A stretch of 64,000 bases of DNA, filler included, from Jimgerdemannia flammicorona (Eukaryota), in the NCBI GenBank assembly GCA_003990765.1. It is 3 parts of 3 records of this genome, joined end to end, with 100 filler letters (N's around TTAATTAATTAA, not from the genome) between each part and the next. Parts side by side here need not be neighbours in the genome. Positions count along the whole stretch, not along the records: positions 42,781 to 64,000 come from RBNJ01001502.1; 2 more parts are not named here. The stretch is one strand, 5' to 3'. The notes below the pieces were generated by a model. That model did not search any database and was not told the DNA's origin. It saw only the letters and a list, made by a program, of their open reading frames with translations. The translations under genes and the position numbers were made by a program. Of the stretch, positions 48,919 to 61,300 are shown in pieces; within the stretch, counting starts at the first letter, position 1, and every line of letters starts with the position of its first letter.

Positions 48919-49003
48919 TGCCTTAATATCTTTCTCCAATAAATGATTTGAAAGTGTGTTGTAAAAGTGTGTATAACATGAGTTGTAGTAGAGAAAGATG
49001 TTG

Positions 49004-52000
49004 ACTTCTGTACTATACCACACTACCACTCCTTTAACAATACTGTCCTATATACTGAAAACCAGATGCCCAAATATCTGACTACTTCACCTATAGCCAC
49101 TGTTTGTCCAAAATGCCCATTCTCACTCAAACCAGCTCCAAGCTCCATTGTCTCATACTTGCCCTAATTAAATTTTGCTCCTTCCAGTCTCTCATACTGT
49201 CCAACCCCTTCCTGCAGGATCACCACATCCTCTATACTGTATAACCTGACCACCATATCATCTGCAAAGGCCCCCAGCTTCCAGATCACATCTCCCATTT
49301 GTAGTCCAGTTAGCTGCCCCTTCAATCAAGCCAACAGGGGCTCCAAGGACACAATATAAAGCAGGGGGGAAAGAGGATAACCCTGCAGCACACCTCCATC
49401 CAAGGCAAACTCTGGACTACTCTACTGATTCATCGGCACTACTGCCCAGCAGTCATATATCAGGTCCATCAATCTTTGAGCATCTACTGCACCAAACCCC
49501 ACCTTCCACAGAACTGCTTCCAAATAGTCCCACTATACTCTGTTATTTTCTTTCTTTTGGTCCAAAAGACTATCCACCTATTCACTCTCTGGCTCCTACA
49601 GCCCTCCAAGACATTCTGCACCTAGGCAGTACTATCTCTAATCTACCTCCTCTTAACAAAACCTCTCTGATCCTCACCCACTTGCCTGCCAATCCACTGC
49701 TATATTCTTTCAGCCAAAATCTTAGATACCAACTTCCTGTCCATATTCAGTAACATGATAGATCACCAATTCCACCATATGCACTAATCTCTCTTCTCCT
49801 TATATAACAGAGAGACTAACCCTAAGGAACCTTTGTCAATTCAGCAGCCTTCTCTTAGGATGAAGTTTGCCATTTCTACTAACCATCTACCAAACTTAAC
49901 TCCAAACTCCTTTCAGCATTCCCAAGGCAGTCCATCTTCCCCACATAATGAATCAGTCTGTACTTTCTTCTATACCTCCAACATCTTGTCAAGGGTCACT
50001 ATATCTATCACTGCTCTATTTATCTCAGATACTGCTACCACTGGCCAACTACCAACCAAATTGTCATTATCCTCCTGTAAAACCTCACCTCTGCAAGCTC
50101 TCCTTTGTCCTGCCAGAGAGCTTGCCATTGTCCAGAGACCTCTCCTAGCATATTAGCAATTTCAGTTTCCTCTGTACCATTCTCTCCCAGTACTGCTGCC
50201 CAGCTATATTGCACACTCCTGGCCTTCAAAATGCCTGACAAATATTTAGTGGGCAGCTCTCCTTCTTCCAATCACCTTGCCCACAGTCTGGCTAATAGAC
50301 CATCTACCACTCTATCCTCAACTATTTTTAAATCCAGCTTCAACTCAGCCACCTCCCTGGCCAATTTGGAGTACCTCTTCCCTGACAAGTTCCCCCCTTC
50401 CAACAACCTCAACCATCACTGCAGCCCTCACTCAACTCTCCTCTCCTTTTCCTTCTGCTTTTTTCTGACTATTTCTCTAACATCATACTAATAGGCACCT
50501 GCCAAATGTTTAAATTACCCCACCACTGCTCTATTGGCTCTCTATCCACCTTCTACTGCATCACTTTCTGCCTAGCAATCACTACAAATTGTTCTCACTC
50601 TGCCTGCCATCTGAGTAGAGCCACATTGAGCCACCAGCACCCTCTACTCCCATTGACTGCCTGGAACCTGCCACACATCTCCATGCTCCAGTGATCTGAC
50701 CAAGGGTGCCAATATACCTCCTCATAATCCAGTATATTACCCCAGCATTCAGCCACCCATACCCAATCAATTCTTGTTCCCACCAGATCCTTGCCAACAG
50801 AGTACCACTGAGTAAAGGGCCCTAGCCTTTCCCCCTGCTACTGCCAGACACCATCAACCAATTCTATATTCAACCTGAAGCCATTGTGAGAGCCCTGCTG
50901 AGACAGCTACTCCAACCCTACCATCAGACCTGTCCAATTTCCTGTTATACACTATATTAAAGTCTCTCTCAGAATGTTGAGCCCCACCTTCTCTCATTCT
51001 CCCCAAGCTAGCCAGCCCTCCACTCATTGCTTTCTCTCTGCCAACTACTGGAAGGTAAACAGAGCCCACAACTAGTCCATCTCCAGCTACTTCTTTCAAT
51101 CTACCCCATATTAATATCACTATATACTGCCACCTCTACCAGTCTCACCTCTCTCTATACTGACAAGTATGCTCACCTGCTCAGTCCAACCAGCACTACC
51201 ATACCATTCCTTGCTCTACTCCACATAATCTGGCCCACCATAGGCCTGAATATCCTGAAGAAATATCACATCATTTCTCCTTACTTTCAGCCAAAGAAAT
51301 AGATGCTGACACTTCACTCCAACATATAGACCATTGACATTTAACAATAATATACATAGACTGTTCATCATCATCAGATAAAATTTTTAGAAATGTTTAG
51401 AACTCCATAGGGATTGCCACCACCTTCTCAGCCCATCCACAGATTATTTTCTTTTATTCCTCACAGATAGCCCTCCAGATACAGACCTCATTCATATTAC
51501 CACACAATATATCCACCCACTCAGATGGTACTTTCCTAATGTCAGCCATTCAGTTCTCATCTACCTCATACCCCTCATCATCCAGTAGTGCTGCTACCAT
51601 TGCTATCACCAACTTTGGTCCCTGTATAGCAATATTTAGAAATCCTTCCCAGGCCTCCTGAGATCTATTAAATATATCCACCTTCTTGATATCCTCCTCT
51701 GTAAGTTCCTCAAGTACTGTCTGATACCAGCTGTCTGCTGTCATCTCCAGAGGCCCAAGGGGAGCAGGCCTAGGGGTCTTACTCAACTCCTGCAGTATCT
51801 CTCTGTCTGCCAAAACATCAGAGGCCACATCCACCAGGCCATTCTCCTCAGTGATCTTCTCCAATAGCACTACCTTGCTTGCCTCCAGATACTTCCAATG
51901 AACATTCACCACTCCAACTATATAAACATCCTCCAACTGAGTCTGGTACTACTTAAGTAATATCCTCAAAACCTCCCTCTCCCACCTCCCACTTCTCCTT

Positions 52001-53290
52001 CACTAGTATATGAGCTGAGTTCTCCACACCACCCAGTTATGAAAAGGACACTTTGGCTGTCTCCACCTCTTCCATCTGGCTCTTGGCCATCTCTGCCCTC
52101 ACCACCTCCTTCTCTTTCAAGCTCTGGAGGACAGTCTGCAGGTATTCCCAGTTCTCTTTCCACCACCTCTTTCTGTTGGAATTCAGATCCAGTCCTTAGC
52201 AAACTACTCCTATCTCCTCTTTTGCAAATCCTTCATGGCCTCTCTCTCCTCCAGAGCAAGTAGCAATTCCTCCTTCTCCTGCTTGAACTCTTTCCTTCTC
52301 CACACCTTGTACTCTTAACCACCAACTTAGATCACCTCGGGCCAGTCCTTCTCTAGCCCTATGGCCTCCTTGTCCTCCAGCCTCAATATCACCTCAAGTT
52401 GCCATTCCTCAGTTTGGTCCCTTCCCAGAACATGAATCGAAAATTGACAACCATCTCACCAAAGCCCCCCAGTGCCTCCATCATAATATCCTTAGTCTTC
52501 TGTCTCCCCAGAGTTGGCAACTCTTCCACCAACAGATGTATAGCTCATGGATTCCACCTCAGAGACCTTGTTATCCCAACCTTGATATTTCTGATTATCA
52601 ACCCTTTTTCCAGCATCTTCACCATTGCTTCCTCCTCTACAAAGCCAATCTCTACTGCTTCTACTAATGAGATAAACTTCAGTGACTCTGCTCTCACAAC
52701 CTCCTCACCTATCAGCTACAGCACTTCTCTCACAGATATGCCCAGCCCTAAGAAGTTTGTCAAAATCACTTATATTAATATTGATTTATGGAAGAAAGGA
52801 CATACCACCAGTTCACCAGAATCAGCTACCATTATTGTCTTCTCCTTACTTCTAGACACTCCCGCAGTCACTCCTCCAGCTCTAGCAAGCCCACCAGCTA
52901 CCTCTCTCCCAGTCATCAGACCAGTCTCAGAAATGCTAGTCCCAGCCATCATACCACCAGACCTCTGTCCCCTGTCTATCACCAGACCTGTCACCTTACC
53001 TATCATCTGACTTCCACTCCTGTCAATACTATACCTCCTCTGCCCTACCACCTGGAGCCTAGCCACTGCCCTACTACAGTATACTAACCTTTGATACCAG
53101 CAGATCTCTCCTGACTACCAGTTCCTCCAGCTGCACCACCTGCTCCAGTTGCTACCATGTAGCTCTTAGGGAGGCCCAGGCCAGGCCTCCTCCTCTCTAG
53201 ACACTTAGAGCTAGATAAACTTTGACTTGCCATTTACTCAAAAGTAATTATAATTCAATGAAATTTGCTATGACTTGAAGCTTAATCTTT
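49004..53290 (-). mobile_element. Older, divergent L1-like copy A5 (ORF1, APE, RT)
   Basis: MNSLCILLLNVNGL at ~51370, VGSVYLP, DFN, WSDH, EEGELPTKYL, GVLQGYPLSPLLY, GAFADDMV, YLGI. Confidence 0.85.
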
Positions 53291-53395
53291 GCTGCATCTG
53301 ATACATCTGAGTATGTGAAGTAAAAACTTGAAAACATATTGCCTTTTATATAAGGATGCTTGTGTGGCCTAGCTCAGTTAGTTTGGTTCTATCAC

Positions 53396-54276
53396 TTAGA
53401 CTCCTTTCATAGAGCCATCCTCATATAACTTGAAGTTGAATGTAACTAGGATTATGTCATCCTCATCCTCCTTCTCATTTTCTTTAGAGAGTCTAGCCAA
53501 ATCATTTTCTGCATCCTCTACAGTTGTACTGAGGTTAGTGGAGAGCTCTGTGGGTGCTAACAGTGGGCTTATATGCTCCTCCAGGAGGTTAATATCTTTT
53601 TCCTATGAGATAAGCAGTTTACTCTACTCTGATTCTTGATATCTCTAACCAATAGTATTATAATCTACAAAGTAGGGTATATCTGTAAAATTCTGAAGAT
53701 AGCAGACTCTCAGAGGAGGGCCTTAGAACAATAGAATCAGATCTTGAAGAAACTGATCTGAGTTGTTTTCTAGGATAGAGTTCCAAAGGTCTTGAATCTC
53801 ATTACTTTTAATTGTGATAGTAGACTGGGCTTCTTCTAGAACCATTTCTTCAAGATAATTTGTAAAGCAGCTTGTCAGTTATTAGATATCTGAAACCTTA
53901 ACTTATTTTAAATTAGAAATGGCCAAAGGTACATACCTGAAGATCTGGTAGACTCTCTTGACCAACTTCTGTTCATATCTATCTAGGTATATTACATATG
54001 TAATTTCTTGAGGCAGGCCTGTGGGATATCTTGGCAGAGATGATGCCCCAACTTATATTCTTGCCATATCCAGAGACACTTAGTAGCAGTAGAGATCCTT
54101 ATTTCCATTTCATAGTAGTTGAGAGTATAGTGGTATAGGTCTCTTGTAAAGTAGTTCAGGCTTGCAGTCCTTCTTATATATATCCTCATAGCCCTTTTGA
54201 TATCAGAGAACATCCGATTTTGGACTGATAGACCTGGGTAGTTTCTTGATCTTGCTGTTTGGCAGATGGTAGGCAT
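53396..54276 (-). pseudogene. G3 accessory 3' ORF, homolog of the G1 3' ORF
   Basis: MPTICQTAR...ATKCLWIWQEYKLGHHL...LDRYEQKLVKRVYQIFRYVPL; TATAAAA about 60 nt upstream (54341-54335). Confidence 0.8.
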
Positions 54277-57200
54277 TTTGTTTTATAGTGAGTTTCTTAT
54301 TTGTAAATAATGTCTTATACTTCTTTTCAATACTTTTTATATCCTAAGGGGGTCTCCTTCTTTGGTCCAGAGATAGAGTCATCTGATTTAGAGTAGTATA
54401 CTACTGAGGCTATTATGAGTTATAATGAGTTTGTATTCAAATTATCTTCTGACCATGATGAGTCATAGTTGAGTCACAATTCATAATCAGAGACTTATGA
54501 AGACTGAGCAGTCTTCTGGCATTGATATCATTAGTTTTTAAGGTTTTGTCACATATACTCCTTGCAAAATTAGTACCATTCTCAGTGAAGATAGTTGCAC
54601 AGGAATAGCAGGTCTTGGTTCTCTTTTTTTTTTTTTGAACTATTGGTACATTTACAAGGACTGGCTATCTTTGGCTAGGGTGAGTACCCATTGTCATGGC
54701 TGGGGGTTTAAACCTCTTAGAAATAATATTTTTAATAATCTGAGGCAATTCTTAATAGTAATATCTATCCTATAATAGACTTGAGATTCGTTTTGACAAT
54801 GTCAACTTTCTTGAGTTTCATATAAAATATCTGTCATTCTCTAATAAAGGTAATACAGATGGAGTAAATGGAGTTGTTGAATATATTTTACTTCTCCTAA
54901 GTAATAAGGTCTTATGTGATTGCAATATATCTTGGTCTTGAGTATAACTCTATCTAGGGTCTTAAGTTGATAAGTATGGTTTGTGAACTTTTGATAAATA
55001 AGATAGGGTCCTTCCCATTTTGGTTCAAGTTTGGTACTTTAGTTTCCTTCCATAATGGTATGGTACACTAAGACTTATTGTCTAATAAGTAGAGATTCAG
55101 AGTCAGCCTTATAGTTATAATATTTCTTCTGGCATTCTTATGTCTTAGCAATAAATCCTCATGCTTACTAGTATACTTCATATAATCAGATGATCTCTTC
55201 AGTGACATATTTTATCAAATCCAGCTAGATCAGTTTAGCTGGGTCATGAGCTTCTCAGCCATATACCAAATAGAAAGGGGTCTGTTATGTAGCAGTAGCT
55301 TTTGAAGTATTGATGCTAAATAGGGTTAATAAGAGGTAGATATCTCAATTCAATTGGTCTCTAGTTTTACTGAGGCCTCACTTGATGGTCTGGTTAATTC
55401 ATTCCATAAGTTTATTTGCTTGTAGGTGGTAGGGTGTTATTGGATGCAGTTTGATTTTAAAGTTATCTATAAAGGTCTTCATAGATTTGTTGACAAATTC
55501 TCAGCCTTAGTCTATGATGATTTCCTTGGAGACACTATAGTGACTGAAAATTTCATTATATAAGATTTAATGATTGTCTGGGCATCAGCAGTCTCAATGA
55601 CAAAGGCTTTAGGCTATTTCATCAATAGTGAGGATATAGCATTTTTCTTAAAGGCCAATGATGTCTATTCCCAGTCTTTGAAAGGCTCTAGCTAGTGCTG
55701 TAATTGATATTAGTGGTACTTTATTAGTTAGTTTTTGTTGGTATCTTTGACAGATATCACATTGTTGAATGTGTGTTGAAATTTGTTTTCTCATTTTTAG
55801 TCATCAGTATCTCTTCTTGATTCTTACAATAGTGACTCCAATTCCTTGATTTACATTCTGATCATAGTTTGTTATAAGTATCTTTTATATTTCTTCTTCT
55901 TGTAAAACCCAAGTGTATTGATCTCCTTCTACTCTCCAAAGTTCACCATTACCTTCTTGAAATTTTTAAAATTCCTCTGAATAAACAGCTTATGAGCAGG
56001 CTGAATTCTCTTTTTGAAGCCTCTATGGTACAGGCTCCAGGTAAGGGTGAGGCCTAGTTCTTGATTTATTTGGATTAATGGAAAGCAGCCTTCTCTCATA
56101 TGGGCTCCTTTCCTTCTTATTGATTTCATGAAGTTCTTGATGGAGTATCAACATTGGAATTCTTAATACATTTCTTATAGTCAATAGCAAACTGGTAAGA
56201 TATGATCTATCTGGTTAAGATTCCTGAGGGCTTTGGTTTGTTGAACAATTATTATAAAGCTTGGTGGTCAGTGATAAGGGCAAATCTATTTTCCAAGAGA
56301 TTGTATCTGAAGTGATCTATAGCCCATACTACTGCAAACATTCTAGCTTAGTAGCACCATAGTTTGTTATATATCATTAGTGATCTTACTAGTATACTCA
56401 ATGATATATTCTTTCTTCTGATCATCTAGCTAAGATAGAATTGATCCAGGTTCAAGAGCAGAAGCATCAGTTGCTAAGATATGTAAATGGTTTATCAAAA
56501 TCTGGTCACACTAGGATAGGGGCTTTATTGAGAGTCTTCTTGAGTAGGTCAAATAACTTCTGCTGTTCTTTCTTTCAGTAAAATGGTTGATCTTTCTTGG
56601 AAATATTATATAGTGGAGCTGCCTTGTCTGAAAATCTTAGGATGAACTGCTATTAATAAGATACTAATATTAGAAAGGACAGAACTTCCTTTGTAGAGGT
56701 AGGAATTAGATAGCTTTTGACTTTCTCTACCTTACATAGGTCAGCATGGATTCTTTAAGCTGAAACTATATATCCTAGATATTCAACTTAGTGTTTTTCA
56801 AAGAAGCACTTCTTGGCATTAAGTCTGAGTCCTGAGTTTCAGATGATATCAAATACTTTACAAAGATCTTATAGATATGTTCAAATATTTCTGAGTAGAT
56901 TATTATATCATCTATATATACTGGCACATTTATCTCAATGAGGTCTCAATGGATATATATAGTCCATCATTCAATATAATGAGGCTAGTATATTGCAGAG
57001 TTCAAATGGTATTTAGAGGTATTTATACTATCCTTATTTAGTGATGAAGGCTGTCTTGCAGATGTAACTCTTAGTAATAGATATTACTTGGAATTCTTAA
57101 AACTAATCAGTAGTAGTCATGAACTTGGCTTTTCCAAGGATATTGAGAAGGTCAGTAATTCTTATAAGTTTTCTGAAGACTATAACTAGTCTCCATCCTC

Positions 57201-57890
57201 CCTTCTTTGGTATAATGATTTCTGGTGAAGCCCAGGAGTTCAATGAGTATCTGATAACTCTGTTTCATAGCATTTCATCTATGTATTGTTGTTTTAACTC
57301 AATCAGAGAGTGTGGTGTTCAATAGGGATATTGACAGATTGGTTTAGCATCTTCTATATATATAGTATATTCTCTATATTAATAAGATGGAAAGTTATTA
57401 TATGTAGTTGCAAATATATCTGTATCTATTATTACTAATCCTCAGTTAGAGTTGTTTCAACATTGATAGCTTTAATTGCTGAGTCTTTCTCTCTGATACT
57501 ATCAGTCTCACTGGTGAGAGCTTGCTGTTTCACAAGAACTCAAAGATCTCTTTCTCATAGATATCTATCAGTAGCTCAAAATATCCCAGTATTATTTCTT
57601 TGGAAATTTTTACTACTTCAAAGCCCAGGTTTCAAATAGAAATATAGATTAGTGATATTTAGTCAGATTCATTCTTCAGCCAGGAGGTGATACTTTTTCC
57701 AGAGTTCCATTAATGGCTCAAATATCAGGTTATTAGTATTCACAGATAGGTGTATATCAGACTTCTTTGTTAATATAGTTGAAGGTAGATATATTCTCTT
57801 ACTTGAATAGAGCAATAGATATGTGGTTTCATTTAGCAGAACTGAGCTACTGTTGTCAAGTGAACTTCAATAGGTGGTTGAGGGATTCTA

Positions 57891-58293
57891 TTAGTACTTC
57901 CAAAGTCTCTTTATCCTCTCTTAGTACTGCTGAGTTGGTTTACTTCTTGGATAGTGGGTTGAGATATCTTAATGAACAGAATCTGACAGATGGCCTCCAA
58001 AGGGTTCAAGACTCAGTGGTTTCTACTATTGTTGCAAATAATGATATTCAGGGGGCCTTAGTAGTTCTGGTCAATGACTTCTCCTTCTATAATTCCTTTA
58101 GCTTCCAGATATGATCTCGATATTAATTGTCCATAGTATCCAGATGGTATATCAAGTACAATCTGCAGGTCAAAGATTCTAGTAGTCCTGGAATAAAGCA
58201 TTGTCTGATAAGAGAGATAGAGGTTATATCCAACTGATCCTTCAGTCTGCCTAAGAGGGGTTATACCCAGGGTAATAGTAGTTTAACTTGGAT
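57891..58293 (-). pseudogene. dut: dUTPase domain of G3
   Basis: QTEGSVGYNL, IPSGYYGQLISRS, EVIDQNY*G, AICQILF, STKRG*RDFGST. Confidence 0.85.
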
Positions 58294-58328
58294 GATTGGC
58301 TGGATCTTGAGGAATAATACCTCAGTCA

Positions 58329-61300
58329 CCTTTTCCTGGTAATATTTGGGTTATACAAACTGCTGGCAATATTCAAGATATTATTTTTGGAGAAAAGATA
58401 CTAGTAATATAATAACTAACAAGCATTCTAAGGTACATGCTAAGCAGAGTGATTCTAGTGTATTTGATTGGCAGTATGTAGAGAGGAGTCATGGCTTGAG
58501 GGGAAGTATGTTGGGCTTGCTGGCAGAAGGTTGTGGAAGGGGAGGATGTAGTACTGGAGGACAGGAGACTGGAAGAAAAAGCTTTACATACAAGGTGAAT
58601 AGGAGTCATCTGATGACAGGATTAGAGGGCTGGCTGTAGAAGGGCAAGGAGACAGCAAGGACTGCAGGGGCTGGTGGGGTGGCCCCTGGTGGCAAGAGCA
58701 GTAGGACTGAGAGAGTAGTGGCTGGGGGGAGTGGGACTGCTGGCAAGAGGACTGCTAATCTGGAAAAAATCCAGATGTGATGGCTAATGGCAAAGGGACT
58801 GCTAATCTGGAAAAAAATTCAGATGTGATAGCTGATGGTAGATCTGGACATAGGGGGGCATGAGGCCCAGTGATCTAACTGATAGTGTAATGGGCCTGGT
58901 GGCAGTACTATTACTCAAGAAATCAAAATCAGAATTTGCTGTCATATTGTGTTTCCAAGGCTAAGTAGTGATGACAAGGATGATTCTAGAGCTTCTGGCT
59001 CAAAAGGTGATGGGAATAACATCAGTGAAGTTCTTGAAGAGTCTGGAAGGAGTGGAGGTGGGCTTTGAGAAAGAGAATGTACTATTGGAAGTAATGAAGA
59101 GAGTGGTAGTTGAGGGGGTGGCAATCTCTATGACCCAGTGCTTAAGCTGAGATCTCCAAGTAGTACAGCTAACAGTACTGGATGTTCCTATGGTATCAAA
59201 GGAAATAGTCAGGGGATTGATTGTCAAGACCATCAAGAAGTATGAAGAAATCATAGATATTTGGTTTCAGGTCTGAGAGGGTACTAAATTCAGAACTGAT
59301 GATATGGATATCAGAGTGTAGCTGGCAGACAAGGAGAATATAGGCAAGGCAAGGGACTGGCCAGTAGTTCTTAAATGAGAATCTGTAGAGAGCAAGGTAT
59401 CAAGAGTGAAAGGTATGCTGGAGGAAGAAAGAGATATTAGAGGATCTGGCTGGAGCCATAGAGAGGAGGAGACTAGTATAGAAGGAGTTTGAGGCTAAGA
59501 TAGTTATGGAGACAGTTAATGGCAAGAAGGTGTGACTGGACTGACTGAGAGAGGACCTAGGGGAGGTGCATTCAGAAGGATCTATTGGCCAAGTTGGGAG
59601 GAGGGATGGCTGGGGAGACTACTACTGATGAAGCTGGATCAAAGGTGAGTACCTGGATGGAGGAGAAGGAAATGGTGCCAGTGGGGACCCCAGGTGGGGA
59701 GGAAGGTGTAGGGCTAAGCATCATGGTGGAGGATGAAGAGATGGCAGAGGGGGAGAGCCCTCAGTATGAGGTATCAGATGGGACTGAAGGAGATAACAAA
59801 TTGCAGGATATGCTGGAGAAGAATTGGGATGAGTCAGCAAGGAGGAATGCAGAGAGTGAGCAGGTTGAAGGAGGGAAGAGAGTGGCCCAAGGAGTAGCAG
59901 AGGCTGAAGTTGAGGAGAAATGGCTGTGGAAAACTCTGGAGAATATGGCAGCTGAGGAGCTGGGAGGAGTGGACTTCTGGGTACTAAGTGAGAGGCACTG
60001 GGGTGAAATCCTACATGGTAAGGAGGTGCCAAGAAAACTCCAGGATGAGATAATGGAAGCATTACTGGAGGTGATAGCATATCAGATAGTGTGCAAGGAG
60101 TATTGGTTAGAGATAGAGACTGTGGATGGTATGGATTGTCAGAAGATCTTAGAGGTACTGAAGATTCAGTAGAGAGAGGTGAATGAACAGGAGGCAGAAA
60201 GGAATCTCAATGTTGCTGGTAATGTGGGAATTATAGAGTAGATAGCTGTTCTTCAAATAACATTATTCAATATGAACAGTATAACTTGAATATTATCTTT
60301 GAATATTAATGGGCTATAGAGAGTAGCGAGGCATCAAAATATCTTTAGATGGCTGAAGGGGATGGAGGCAGATTTGGTTCTACTGTAGAATATTGAGTGT
60401 GATAGAGACTTGGATAGTCTGGACTGAATGAAGGAATGGAGTAGTGTGGCTGTTTGGCAAGGACATATAGATATTCTGGTTAGGAAGTGTAAGGGGGACA
60501 TTGGGGACATTGGACATTGGGGGAGCAGAATAGTGTGAGAAGTTTGGACATTAAGGGAGCAGAGTGGTGTGGGGAGTTTGGAGGAGGCCAGGCCGGAGGC
60601 TCTTGATAGTTGGGTTTTGTTATTGTCCAGTGGAAAGGGGGGAGATAGTGGAATGGATTCAAGGGCTACAAGAATCTAGAGCATTGATGGAGGCAGAGAT
60701 TGACTGTCTAGGGAGAGACTTTAATATAATATGTAATAGATAGTTATACAGAACTGATGGGGGAAGGAGAATGGTAGATAGGAGTGGTGGTATGGAAGTC
60801 TGAGAGGAGGTCAAACATTTGAGCTCTTTAGTGGATGCTGGGTGGTAGGGCTGGGCTTGAGGATTAACTGGATATTAACTGCTGATTGTTAAGGAGTTGA
60901 TATCTGGAGGACTTTGGAAACTGTTTGGTATCTATGGTCAGATCACTGGAGTCTTCTTGGAGAGGGGTGTTTTTGGGGTAGTGGGGAGGGACCTGGACAT
61001 TGGCAACTAAATATCTCTTTGCTAAGAGAGGCCTCTCTATAGGAGGCATGGATAGTAGATATCAGCTCAAGGATTCTTAGTTGGAGAGCAGTAGGGCTGG
61101 GGATTGGGGATTGCTGAATGTGATTGAAATCAGAGCCACAAAAGTACTGAGGAGAGACAGGTAGGATGTGGGATGTTCAGAGGAATAAGAGAATGAGGTG
61201 GGCCTCTCAGAGATTAGTAAGATTATTGGTGACTTGGGCAGAGCTGTTGAATGATGGTGGGGAAGAGAATTGAAGAATACAGTGGATCAGACTGGAGGTG

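Larger units (their letters stand above)
43133..49003 (-). mobile_element. Family A copy A4, full length (~5.9 kb), poly(A) tail, 16-bp TSD
   Basis: T18 at 43133-43150; TSD acttctgtattatacc (43117-43132) / acttctgtactatacc (49004-49019). Confidence 0.95.
53299..58328 (-). mobile_element. Heavily decayed Ty3/gypsy element G3 (dUTPase-RT-RNase H-IN, accessory 3' region, possible short LTR remnant 53299-53394)
   Basis: Minus strand: dUTPase motifs, SWASP..IPKKGGWRLV, LATDASA, YGATKLE, VVWAIDHFRY, ITDHQAL, PFQRLGIDIIG, PKWEGPY. Confidence 0.85.

Noticed and set aside
58750..58840. ~47-bp duplication in A6 ORF1
   Set aside because: Present in one copy only; an ordinary slippage duplication.
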